Positions 15,401 to 28,400 of a stretch of 64,000 nucleotides of DNA are shown one piece after another. The stretch spans positions 11,495 to 75,494 of the forward strand of contig NEEC01000112.1 of assembly GCA_002189035.1 (NCBI GenBank), written 5' to 3'. The translations under genes were made by a program, and so were the position numbers. Positions within the stretch are counted from its first letter, which is position 1. Every line of letters starts with the position of its first letter. A model generated the notes under the pieces. That model was not told where the DNA came from, did no database searches, and worked only from the letters and a program-made list of their open reading frames with translations. The DNA is from Utricularia gibba (lineage: Eukaryota; Plantae; Magnoliophyta).

Positions 15401-18400
15401 GAAAACCATTTGGGGTGCTCATGACACCTAACTTCAAAAAATGCATCACGATTTTCATCGAGTAGCACCCGATTGGGCTTAGTAGCCAGACCGAATCTCG
15501 GGCCCTGACAAAGCTCCCAACTACAGCACCCACCTTAAAACGGCAAGCTGTCGCTTGAAAAACCATTTAGGCAGCCGCCGAAAACCCATCGTTGATAAAT
15601 GCATCACTTATTTTCCGGGCTACAACTGACTATTGGCCTGAGCCCGACCCGACCTCTGGCCCAATCCCGAAACCCCCCAAGAGCGCCTTCTGAAATATAA
15701 AGTAGAGTGTTGAGAAAACCCATTGGGGTTCTCATGACATCCTAACTAAAGCAAATGCATTACGATTTCGTCGAGTACGACCCGATTGGGCTTAGTAGCC
15801 AGACCGAATCTCGGGCCCTGACAAAGCTGCCAACGACAACACCCGCCTTAAAATGGCAAGCTATTGCTTGAAAAACCATTTAGGCAGCCGCCGAAAACCC
15901 AACGTTGATAAATGCATCACTTATTTGGCCGGGCTACAAATGACTATGGGCCCGAGCGCGACTCGACCATTTGCTCGATACTAGTGCCAGCCTAGAGCGC
16001 CTCCTCAAATATAAATCAGGTTGTTGAGAAAACCATTTGGGGTGCTCATGACATCCTAACTTCAAAAAATGCATCACGATTTTCATCGAGTAGCACCCGA
16101 TTGGCTCAGGAGCCAGACCGAACCTTGGGCCCTTACAAAGCTGCCAAAGACAGCACCCGCCTTAAAATGGCAAGCTATTGCTTGAAAAACCATTCAGGCA
16201 GCCGCCGAAAACCCAACGTTGATAAATGCATCACTTATTTTCCGGGCTACAACTGACTATGGGCCATAGCCCGACCCGACCTCTGGCCCAATACCGAAAC
16301 CCCCCAAGAGCGCCTTCTGAAATATAAAGTAGAGTGTTGAGAAAACCCATTGGGGTTCTCATGACATCCTAACTAAAGCAAATGCATTACGATTTCGTCG
16401 AGTACGACCCGATTGGGCTTAGTAGCCAGACCGAATCTCGGGCCCTGACAAAGCTCCCAACGACAACACCCGCCTTAAAATGGCAAGCTATTGCTTGAAA
16501 AACCATTTAGGCAGCCGCCGAAAACCCAACGTTGATAAATGCATCACTTATTTGGCCGGGCTACAAATGACTATGGGCCGAGCGCGACTCGACCATTTGC
16601 TCGATACTAGTGCCAGCCTAGAGCGCCTCCTCAAATATAAATCAGGTTGTTGAGAAAACCATTTGGGGTGCTCATGACATCCTAACTTCAAAAAATGCAT
16701 CACGATTTTCATCGAGTAGCACCCGATTGGGCTCAGGAGCCAGACCGAACCTTGGGCCCTTACAAAGCTGCCAAAGACAGCACCCGCCTTAAAATGGCAA
16801 GCTATTGCTTGAAAAACCATTCAGGCAGCCGCCGAAAACCCAACGTTGATAAATGCATCACTTATTTTCCGGGCTACAACTGACTATGGCCATAGCCCGA
16901 CCCGACCTCTGGCCCAATCCCGAAACCCCCCAAGAGCGCCTTCTAAAATATAAAGTAGAGTGTTGAGAAAACCCATTGGGGTTCTCATGACATCCTAACT
17001 AAAGCAAATGCATTACGATTTCGTCGAGTACGACCCGATTGGGCTTAGTAGCCAGACCGAATCTCGGGCCCTGACAAAGCTGCCAACGACAACACCCGCC
17101 TTAAAATGGCAAGCTATTGCTTGAAAAACCATTAGGCAGCCGCCGAAAACCCAACGTTGATAAATGCATCACTTTTTGGCCGGGCTACAAATGACTATGG
17201 GCCAGAGCGCGACTCGACCATTTGCTCGATACTAGTGCCAGCCTAGAGCGCCTCCTCAAATATAAATCAGGTTGTTGAGAAAACCATTTGGGGTGCTCAT
17301 GACATCCTAACTTCAAAAAATGCATCACGATTTTCATCGAGTAGCACCCGATTGGGCTCAGGAGCCAGACCGAACCTTGGCCCCTTACAAAGCTGCCAAC
17401 GACAGCACCCGCCTTAAAATGGCAAGCTATTGCTTGAAAAACCATTCAGGCAGCCGCCGAAAACCCAACGTTGATAAATGCATCACTTATTTTCCGGGCT
17501 ACAACTGACTATGGGCCATAGCCCGACCCGACCTCTGGCCCAATCCCGAAACCCCCAAGAGCGCCTTCTGAAATATAAAGTAGAGTGTTGAGAAAACCCA
17601 TTGGGGTTCTCATGACATCCTAACTAAAGCAAATGCATTACGATTTCGTCGAGTACGACCCGATTGGGCTTAGTAGCCAGACCGAATCTCGGGCCCTGAC
17701 AAAGCTCCCAACTATAGCACCCACCTTAAAACGGCAAGCTGTTGCTTGAAAAACCATTTAGGTAGCCGCCGAAAACCCATCGTTGATAAATGCATCACTT
17801 ATTTTCCGGGCTACAACTGACTATTGGCCTGAGCCCGACCCGACCTCTGGCCCAATCCCGAAACCCTCCGAGAGCGCCTTCTCAAATATAGCAGAGTGTT
17901 GAGAAAACCCATTGGGTTCTCATGACATCCTAACTACATCAAATGCGTTACGATTTTCGTCGAGTGCGACCCGATTGGGCTTAGTAGCCAGACCGAATCT
18001 CGGGCCGGACAAAGCTCCCAACGACAGCACCCGCCTTTAAATGGCAAGCTGTTGCTTGAAAAACCATGTGGGCAGCCGCCGACAACCCAACGTTAATAAA
18101 TGCATCACTTCTTTTGCCGGGCTACAGCTGACTTTGGGCTCAAGCCCGACCCGAATCCGGCCCGATCTCGGTGACCCACAAAAGCGCCTTGTCAAGTGTA
18201 AAGCATGCTGTTGAAAAAACCATTGGGTGGTCATGAGATCCTAACTTCAATAAAGGCATCACGATTTACGTCGAATGGTATCGGATTGTGCTGTGAAGTC
18301 AGACCGAACCTTGGGTCCGGACGAAGTTGCCAACAACAGCACCCGCAAAAAAACGACAACTTTTCCTCGAAAAAAGCATGTAGGCAGCCGCCGAAAACCC

Positions 18401-18860
18401 AACGTTAATAAATGCATCACTTTTTTGGCCGGGCTACAAATGACTATGGGCCAGAGCACGACTCGACCATTTGCTCGATACTAGTGCCAGCCTAGAGCGC
18501 CTCCTCAAATATAAATCAGGTTGTTGAGAAAACCATTTGGGGTGCTCATGACATCCTAACTTCAAAAAATGCATCACGATTTTCATCGAGTAGCACCCTG
18601 ATTGGGCTTAGTAGCCAGACCGAATCTCGGGCCCTGACAAAGCTCCCAACTACAGCACCCACCTTAAAACGGCAAGCTGTTGCTTGAAAAACCATTTAGG
18701 CAGCCGCCGAAAACCCATCGTTGATAAATGCATCACTTATTTTCCGGGCTACAACTGACTATTGGCCTGAGCCCGACCCGACCTCTGGCCCAATCCCGAA
18801 ACCCCCCAAGAGCGCCTTCTGAAATATAAAGTAGAGTGTTGAGAAAACCCATTGGGGTTC
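9469..18860 (+). repeat. 10-monomer HOR (E-B-E-B-E-B-C-D-A-F, ~3.13 kb), 3 tandem copies
   Basis: Units start at 9469, 12602 and 15732 and end at 18860 (3133/3130/3129 bp). Diagnostic variants recur in phase: TTCTAAAATAT (~10680, ~13813, ~16944), TTAGGTAGCC (~11501, ~14633, ~17763); the three B copies read GCCAA(A)GAC, GCCAAAGAC, GCCAACGAC in each unit. Confidence 0.9.
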
Positions 18861-20742
18861 TCATGACATCCTAACTAAAGCAAATGCATTACGATTTCGT
18901 CGAGTACGACCCGATTGGGCTTAGTAGCCAGACCGAATCTCGGGCCCTGACAAAGCTGCCAACGACAACACCCGCCTTTAAAATGGCAAGCTATTGCTTG
19001 AAAAACCATTTAGGCAGCCGCCGAAAACCCAACGTTGATAAATGCATCACTTATTTGGCCGGGCTACAAATGACTATGGGCCAGAGCGCGACTCGACCAT
19101 TTGCTCGATACTAGTGCCAGCCTAGAGCGCCTCCTCAAATATAAATCAGGTTGTTGAGAAAACCATTTGGGGTGCTCATGACATCCTAACTTCAAAAATG
19201 CATCACGATTTTCATCGAGTAGCACCCGATGGGCTCAGGAGCCAGACCGAACCTTGGGCCCTTACAAAGCTGCCAACGACAGCACCCGCCTTAAAATGGC
19301 AAGCTATTGCTTGAAAAACCATTCAGGCAGCCGCCGAAAACCCAACGTTGATAAATGCATCACTTATTTTCCGGGCTACAACTGACTATGGGCCATAGCC
19401 CGACCCGACCTCTGGCCCAATCCCGAAACCCCCCAAGAGCGCCTTCTGAAATATAAAGTAGAGTGTTGAGAAAACCCATTGGGGTTCTCATGACATCCTA
19501 ACTAAAGCAAATGCATTACGATTTCGTCGAGTACGACCCGATTGGGCTTAGTAGCCAGACCGAATCTCGGGCCCTGACAAAGCTCCCAACTATAGCACCC
19601 ACCTTAAAACGGCAAGCTGTTGCTTGAAAAACCATTTAGGTAGCCGCCGAAAACCCATCGTTGATAAATGCATCACTTATTTTCCGGGCTACAACTGACT
19701 ATTGGCCTGAGCCCGACCCGACCTCTGGCCCAATCCCGAAACCCTCCGAGAGCGCCTTCTCAAATATATAGCAGAGTGTTGAGAAAACCCATTGGGGTTC
19801 TCATGACATCCTAACTACATCAAATGCGTTACGATTTTCGTCGAGTGCGACCCGATTGGGCTTAGTAGCCAGACCGAATCTCGGGCCGGACAAAGCTCCC
19901 AACGACAGCACCCGCCTTTAAATGGCAAGCTGTTGCTTGAAAAACCATGTGGGCAGCCGCCGACAACCCAACGTTAATAAATGCATCACTTCTTTTGCCG
20001 GGCTACAGCTGACTTTGGGCTCAAGCCCGACCCGAATCCGGCCCGATCTCGGTGACCCACAAAAGCGCCTTGTCAAGTGTAAAGCATGCTGTTGAAAAAA
20101 CCAGTTGGGGTGGTCATGAGATCCTAACTTCAATAAAGGCATCACGATTTACGTCGAATGGTATCGGATTGTGCTGTGAAGTCAGACCGAACCTTGGGTC
20201 CGGACGAAGTTGCCAACAACAGCACCCGCAAAAAAACGACAACTTTTCCTCGAAAAAAGCATGTAGGCAGCCGCCGAAAACCCAACGTTAATAAATGCAT
20301 CACTTTTTTGGCCGGGCTACAAATGACTATGGGCCAGAGCACGACTCGACCATTTGCTCGATACTAGTGCCAGCCTAGAGCGCCTCCTCAAATATAAATC
20401 AGGTTGTTGAGAAAACCATTTGGGGTGCTCATGACACCCTAACTTCAAAAAATGCATCACGATTTTCATCGAGTAGCACCCGATTGGGCTTAGTAGCCAG
20501 ACCGAATCTCGGGCCCTGACAAAGCTCCCAACTACAGCACCCACCTTAAAACGGCAAGCTGTCGCTTGAAAAACCATTTAGGCAGCCGCCGAAAACCCAT
20601 CGTTGATAAATGCATCACTTATTTTCCGGGCTACAACTGACTATTGGCCTGAGCCCGACCCGACCTCTGGCCCAATCCCGAAACCCCCCAAGAGCGCCTT
20701 CTGAAATATAAAGTAGAGTGTTGAGAAAACCCATTGGGGTTC
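18861..20742 (+). repeat. 6-monomer unit (E-B-C-D-A-F), the 10-mer minus two E-B dimers
   Basis: Starts 18861, 19176, 19488, 19801, 20114, 20429. Retains 10-mer markers GGTAGCC, CCAGTTGGGG, GAATGGTATC, GTTGCCAAC and GAGCACGAC. Confidence 0.85.
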
Positions 20743-23700
20743 TCATGACATCCTAACTAAAGCAAATGCATTACGATTTCGTCGAGTACGACCCGATTGG
20801 GCTTAGTAGCCAGACCGAATCTCGGGCCCTGACAAAGCTGCCAACGACAACACCCGCCTTAAAATGGCAAGCTATTGCTTGAAAAACCATTTAGGCAGCC
20901 GCCGAAAACCCAACGTTGATAAATGCATCACTTATTTGGCCGGGCTACAAATGACTATGGGCCAGAGCGCGACTCGACCATTTGCTCGATACTAGTGCCA
21001 GCCTAGAGCGCCTCCTCAAATATAAATCAGGTTGTTGAGAAAACCATTTGGGGTGCTCATGACATCCTAACTTCAAAAAATGCATCACGATTTTCATCGA
21101 GTAGCACCCGATTGGGCTCAGGAGCCAGACCGAACCTTGGGCCCTTACAAAGCTGCCAACGACAGCACCCGCCTTAAAATGGCAAGCTATTGCTTGAAAA
21201 ACCATTCAGGCAGCCGCCGAAAACCCAACGTTGATAAATGCATCACTTATTTTCCGGGCTACAACTGACTATGGGCCATAGCCCGACCCGACCTCTGGCC
21301 CAATCCCGAAACCCCCCAAGAGCGCCTTCTGAAATATAAAGTAGAGTGTTGAGAAAACCCATTGGGGTTCTCATGACATCCTAACTACATCAAATGCGTT
21401 ACGATTTTCGTCGAGTGCGACCCGATTGGGCTTAGTAGCCAGACCGAATCTCGGGCCGGACAAAGCTCCCAACGACAACACCCGCCTTTAAATGGCAAGC
21501 TGTTGCTTGAAAAACCATGTGGGCAGCCGCCGACAACCCAACGTTAATAAATGCATCACTTCTTTTGCCGGGCTACAGCTGACTTTGGGCTCAAGCCCGA
21601 CCCGAATCCGGCCCGATCTCGGTGACCCACAAAAGCGCCTTGTCAAGTGTAAAGCATGCTGTTGAAAAACCATTTGGTGGTCATGAGATCCTAACTTCAA
21701 TAAAGGCATCACGATTTACGTCGAATGGTATCGGATTGTGCTGTGAAGTCAGACCGAACCTTGGGTCCGGACGAAGTTCCCAACAACAGCACCCGCAAAA
21801 AAACGACAACTTTTCCTCGAAAAAAGCATGTAGGCAGCCGCCGAAAACCCAACGTTAATAAATGCATCACTTTTTTGGCCGGGCTACAAATGACTATGGG
21901 CCAGAGCGCGACTCGACCATTTGCTCGATACTAGTGCCAGCCTAGAGCGCCTCCTCAAATATAAATCAGGTTGTTGAGAAAACCATTTGGGGTGCTCATG
22001 ACATCCTAACTTCAAAAAATGCATCACGATTTTCATCGAGTAGCACCCGATTGGGCTTAGTAGCCAGACCGAATCTCGGGCCCTGACAAAGCTCCCAACT
22101 ACAGCACCACCTTAAAACGGCAAGCTGTTGCTTGAAAAACCATTTAGGCAGCCGCCGAAAACCCATCGTTGATAAATGCATCACTTATTTTCCGGGCTAC
22201 AACTGACTATTGGCCTGAGCCCGACCCGACCTCTGGCCCAATCCGAAACCCTCCGAGAGCGCCTTCTCAAATATATAGCAGAGTGTTGAGAAAACCCATT
22301 GGGGTTCTCATGACATCCTAACTACATCAAATGCGTTACGATTTTCGTCGAGTGCGACCCGATTGGGCTTAGTAGCCAGACCGAATCTCGGGCCGGACAA
22401 AGCTCCCAACGACAGCCCGCCTTTAAATGGCAAGCTGTTGCTTGAAAAACCATGTGGGCAGCCGCCGACAACCCAACGTTAATAAATGCATCACTTCTTT
22501 TGCCGGGCTACAGCTGACTTTGGGCTCAAGCCCGACCCGAATCCGGCCCGATCTCGGTGACCCACAAAAGCGCCTTGTCAAGTGTAAAGCATGCTGTTGA
22601 AAAAACCATTTGGGGTGGTCATGAGATCCTAACTTCAATAAAGGCATCACGATTTCGTCGAATGGATCGGATTGTGCTGTGAAGTCAGACCGAACCTTGG
22701 GTCCGGACGAAGTTGCCAACAACAGCACCCGCAAAAAAACGACAACTTTTCCTCAAAAAGCATGTAGGCAGCCGCCGAAAACCCAACGTTAATAAATGCA
22801 TCACTTTTTTGGCCGGGCTACAAATGACTATGGGCCAGAGCGCGACTCGACCATTTGCTCGATACTAGTGCCAGCCTAGAGCGCCTCCTCAAATATAAAT
22901 CAGGTTGTTGAGAAAACCATTTGGGGTGCTCATGACATCCTAACTTCAAAAAATGCATCACGATTTTCATCGAGTAGCACCGATTGGGCTTAGTAGCCAG
23001 ACCGAATCTCGGGCCCTGACAAAGCTCCCAACTACAGCACCCACCTTAAAACGGCAAGCTGTGCTTGAAAAACCATTTAGGCAGCCGCCGAAAACCCACG
23101 TTGATAAATGCATCACTTATTTCCGGGCTACAACTGACTATGGCCTGAGCCCGACCCGACCTCTGGCCCAATCCCGAAACCCCCAAGAGCGCCTTCTGAA
23201 ATATAAAGTAGAGTGTTGAGAAAACCCATTGGGGTTCTCATGACATCCTAACTAAAGCAAATGCATACGATTTCGTCGAGTACGACCCGATTGGGCTTAG
23301 TAGCCAGACCGAATCTCGGGCCCTGACAAAGCTCCAACGACAGCACCCGCCTTAAAATGGCAAGCTATTGCTTGAAAAACCATTTAGGCAGCCGCCGAAA
23401 ACCCAACGTTGATAAATGCATCACTTATTTGGCCGGGCTACAAATGACTATGGGCCAGAGCGCGACTCGACCATTTGCTCGATACTAGTGCCAGCCTAGA
23501 GCGCCTCCTCAAATATAAATCAGGTTGTTGAGAAAACCATTTGGGGTGCTCATGACATCCTAACTTCAAAAATGCATCACGATTTTCATCGAGTAGCACC
23601 CGATTGGGCTCAGGAGCCAGACCGAACCTTGGGCCCTACAAAGCTGCCAACGACAGCACCGCCTTAAAACGGCAAGCTATTGCTTGAAAAACCATTAGGC

Positions 23701-25405
23701 AGCCGCCGAAAACCCAACGTTGATAAATGCATCACTTATTTTCCGGGCTACAACTGACTATGGGCCTGAGCCCGACCCGACCTCTGGCCCAATCCCGAAA
23801 CCCCCCAAGAGCCTTCTCAAATAAAGTAGAGTGTTGAGAAAACCCATTGGGGTTCTCATGACATCCTAACTACATCAAATGCGTTACGATTTTCGTCGAG
23901 TGCGACCCGATTGGGCTTAGTAGCCAGACCGAATCTCGGGCCGGACAAAGCTCCCAACGACAGCACCCGCCTTTAAATGGCAAGCTGTTGCTTGAAAACC
24001 ATGTGGGCAGCCGCCGACAACCCAACGTTAATAAATGCATCACTTCTTTTGCCGGGCTACAGCTGACTTTGGGCTCAAGCCCGACCCGAATCCGGCCCGA
24101 TCTCGGTGACCCACAAAAGCGCCTTGTCAAGTGTAAAGCATGCTGTTGAAAAACCATTTGGGTGGTCATGAGATCCTAACTTCAATAAAGGCATCACGAT
24201 TTCGTCGAATGGATCGGATTGTGCTGTGAAGTCAGACCGAACCTTGGGTCCGGACGAAGTTCCCAACAACAGCACCCGAAAAAAACGACAACTTTTCCTC
24301 AAAAAGCATGTAGGCAGCCGCCGAAAACCCAACGTTAATAAATGCATCACTTTTTTGGCCGGGCTACAAATGACTATGGGCCAGAGCGCGACTCGACCAT
24401 TTGCTCGATACTAGTGCCAGCCTAGAGCGCCTCCTCAAATATAAATCAGGTTGTTGAGAAAACCATTTGGGGTGCTCATGACATCCTAACTTCAAAAATG
24501 CATCACGATTTTCATCGAGTAGCACCCGATTGGGCTTAGTAGCCAGACCGAATCTCGGGCCCTGACAAAGCTCCCAACTAGAGCACCCACCTTAAAACGG
24601 CAAGCTGTTGCTTGAAAAACCATTTAGGCAGCCGCCGAAAACCCATCGTTGATAAATGCATCACTTATTTTCCGGGCTACAACTGACTATTGGCCTGAGC
24701 CCGACCCGACCTCTGGCCCAATCCCGAAACCCTCCGAGAGCGCCTTCTCAAATATATAGCAGAGTGTTGAGAAAACCCATTGGGGTTCTCATGACATCCT
24801 AACTACATCAAATGCGTTACGATTTTCGTCGAGTGCGACCCGATTGGGCTTAGTAGCCAGACCGAATCTCGGGCCGGACAAAGCTCCCAACGACAGCACC
24901 CGCCTTTAATGGCAAGCTGTTGCTTAACCATGTGGGCAGCCGCCGACAACCCAACGTTAATAAATGCATCACTTCTTTTGCCGGGCTACAGCTGACTTTG
25001 GGCTCAAGCCCGACCGAATCCGGCCGATCTCGGTGACCCAAAAGCGCCTTGTCAAGTGTAAAGCATGCTGTTGAAAAAACCATTTGGGGTGGTCATGAGA
25101 TCCTAACTTCAATAAAGGCATCACGATTTCGTCGAATGGATCGGATTGTGCTGTGAAGTCAGACCGAACCTTGGGTCCGGACGAAGTTGCCAACAACAGC
25201 ACCCGCAAAAAAACGACAACTTTTCCTCGAAAAAAGCATGTAGGCAGCCGCCGAAAACCCAACGTTAATAAATGCATCACTTTTTTGGCCGGGCTACAAA
25301 TGACTATGGGCCAGAGCGCGACTCGACCATTTGCTCGATACTAGTGCCAGCCTAGAGCGCCTCCTCAAATATAAATCAGGTTGTTGAGAAAACCATTTGG
25401 GGTGC
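20743..25405 (+). repeat. 8-monomer unit (E-B-D-A-F'-D-A-F, ~2.5 kb), about 1.9 copies
   Basis: Starts 20743 E, 21057 B, 21371 D, 21681 A, 21996 F', 22308 D, 22619 A, 22930 F; then 23238 E, 23550 B, 23856 D, 24166 A, 24476 F', 24789 D, 25093 A. GTTGCCAAC is in the second A of each unit. Many 1-bp homopolymer deletions lower base-level reliability. Confidence 0.75.
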
Positions 25406-28400
25406 TCATGACATCCTAACTTCAAAAATGCATCACGATTTTCATCGAGTAGCACCCGATTGGGCTAGGAGCCAGACCGAACCTTGGGCCCTTACAAAGC
25501 TGCCAACGACAGCACCCGCCTTTAAATGGCAAGCTATTGCTTGAAAAACCATTCAGGCAGCCGCCGAAAACCCAACGTTGATAAATGCATCACTTCTTTT
25601 GCCGGGCTACAGCTGACTTTGGGCTCAAGCCCGACCCGAATCCGGCCCGATCTCGGTGACCCACAAAAGCGCCTTGTCAAGTGTAAAGCATGCTGTTGAA
25701 AAAACCATTTGGGTGGTCATGAGATCCTAACTTCAATAAAGGCATCACGATTTCGTCGAATGGATCGGATTGTGCTGTGAAGTCAGACCGAACCTTGGGT
25801 CCGGACGAAGTTCCAACAACAGCACCCGCAAAAAAACGACAACTTTTCCTCGAAAAAAGCATGTAGGCAGCCGCCGAAAACCCAACGTTAATAAATGCAT
25901 CACTTTTTTGGCCGGGCTACAAATGACTATGGGCCAGAGCGCGACTCGACCATTTGCTCGATACTAGTGCCAGCCTAGAGCGCCTCCTCAAATATAAATC
26001 AGGTTGTTGAGAAAACCATTTGGGGTGCTCATGACATCCTAACTTCAAAAAATGCATCACGATTTTCATCGAGTAGCACCCGATTGGGCTCAGGAGCCAG
26101 ACCGAACCTTGGGCCCTTACAAAGCTGCCAACGACAGCACCCGCCTTAAAATGGCAAGCTATTGCTTGAAAAACCATTCAGGCAGCCGCCGAAAACCCAA
26201 CGTTGATAAATGCATCACTTATTTTCCGGGCTACAACTGACTATGGGCCATAGCCCGACCCGACCTCTGGCCCAATCCGAAACCCCCCAAGAGCGCCTTC
26301 TGAAATATAAAGTAGAGTGTTGAGAAAACCCATTGGGGTTCTCATGACATCCTAACTAAAGCAAATGCATTACGATTTCGTCGAGTACGACCCGATTGGG
26401 CTTAGTAGCCAGACCGAATCTCGGGCCCTGACAAAGCTCCCAACTACAGCACCCACCTTAAAACGGCAAGCTGTTGCTTGAAAAACCATTTAGGCAGCCG
26501 CCGAAAACCCATCGTTGATAAATGCATCACTTATTTTCCGGGCTACAACTGACTATTGGCCTGAGCCCGACCCGACCTCTGGCCCAATCCCGAAACCCTC
26601 CGAGGGCGCCTTCTCAAATATATAGCAGAGTGTTGAGAAAACCCATTGGGGTTCTCATGACATCCTAACTACATCAAATGCGTTACGATTTTCGTCGAGT
26701 GCGACCCGATTGGGCTTAGTAGCCAGACCGAATCTCGGGCCGGACAAAGCTCCCAACGACAGCACCCGCCTTTAAATGGCAAGCTGTTGCTTGAAAACCA
26801 TGTGGGCAGCCGCCGACAACCCAACGTTAATAAATGCATCACTTCTTTTGCCGGGCTACAGCTGACTTTGGGCTCAAGCCCGACCCGAATCCGGCCCGAT
26901 CTCGGTGACCCACAAAAGCGCCTTGTCAAGTGTAAAGCATGCTGTTGAAAAAACCATTTGGGGTGGTCATGAGATCCTAACTTCAATAAAGGCATCACGA
27001 TTTCGTCGAATGGGATCGGATTGTGCTGTGAAGTCAGACCGACCTTGGGTCCGGACGAAGTTCCCAACAACAGCACCCGCAAAAAAACGACAACTTTTCC
27101 TCGAAAAAAGCATGTAGGCAGCCGCCGAAAACCCAACGTTAATAAATGCATCACTTTTTTGGCCGGGCTACAAATGACTATGGGCCAGAGCGCGACTCGA
27201 CCATTTGCTCGATACTAGTGCCAGCCTAGAGCGCCTCCTCAAATATAAATCAGGTTGTTGAGAAAACCATTTGGGGTGCTCATGACATCCTAACTTCAAA
27301 AAATGCATCACGATTTTCATCGAGTAGCACCCGATTGGGCTCAGGAGCCAGACCGAACCTTGGGCCCTTACAAAGCTGCCAACGACAGCACCGCCTTAAA
27401 ATGGCAAGCTATTGCTTGAAAAACCATTCAGGCAGCCGCCGAAAACCCAACGTTGATAAATGCATCACTTATTTTCCGGGCTACAACTGACTATGGGCCA
27501 TAGCCCGACCCGACCTCTGGCCCAATCCCGAAACCCCCCAAGAGCGCCTTCTGAAATATAAAGTAGAGTGTTGAGAAAACCCATTGGGTTCTCATGACAT
27601 CCTAACTAAAGCAAATGCATTACGATTTCGTCGAGTACGACCCGATTGGGCTTAGTAGCCAGACCGAATCTCGGGCCTGACAAAGCTCCCAACTACAGCA
27701 CCACCTTAAAACGGCAAGCTGCTTGAAAAACCATTTAGGCAGCCGCCGAAAACCCACGTTGATAAATGCATCACTTATTTTCCGGGCTACAACTGACTAT
27801 GGGCCTAGCCCGACCCGACCTCTGGCCCAATCCCGAAACCCCCCAAGAGCGCCTTCTGAAATATAAAGTAGAGTGTTGAGAAAACCCATTGGGGTTCTCA
27901 TGACATCCTAACTAAAGCAAATGCATTACGATTTCGTCGAGTACGACCCGATTGGGCTTAGTAGCCAGACCGAATCTCGGGCCCTGACAAAGCTCCCAAC
28001 TACAGCACCCACCTTAAAACGGCAAGCTGTTGCTTGAAAAACCATTTAGGCAGCCGCCGAAAACCCATCGTTGATAAATGCATCACTTATTTTCCGGGCT
28101 ACAACTGACTATTGGCCTGAGCCCGACCCGACCTCTGGCCCAATCCCGAAACCCTCCGAGAGCGCCTTCTCAAATATATAGCAGAGTGTTGAGAAAACCC
28201 ATTGGGTTCTCATGACATCCTAACTACATCAAATGCGTTACGATTTTCGTCGAGTGCGACCCGATTGGGCTTAGTAGCCAGACCGAATCTCGGGCCGGAC
28301 AAAGCTCCCAACGACAGCACCCGCCTTTAAATGGCAAGCTGTTGCTTGAAAACCATGTGGGCAGCCGCCGACAACCCAACGTTAATAAATGCATCACTTC

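Noticed and set aside
20436-20443. Telomere-like motifs (CCCTAA here; TTTAGG in monomer C)
   Set aside because: Isolated 6-mers, never tandem; no evidence of telomeric origin.
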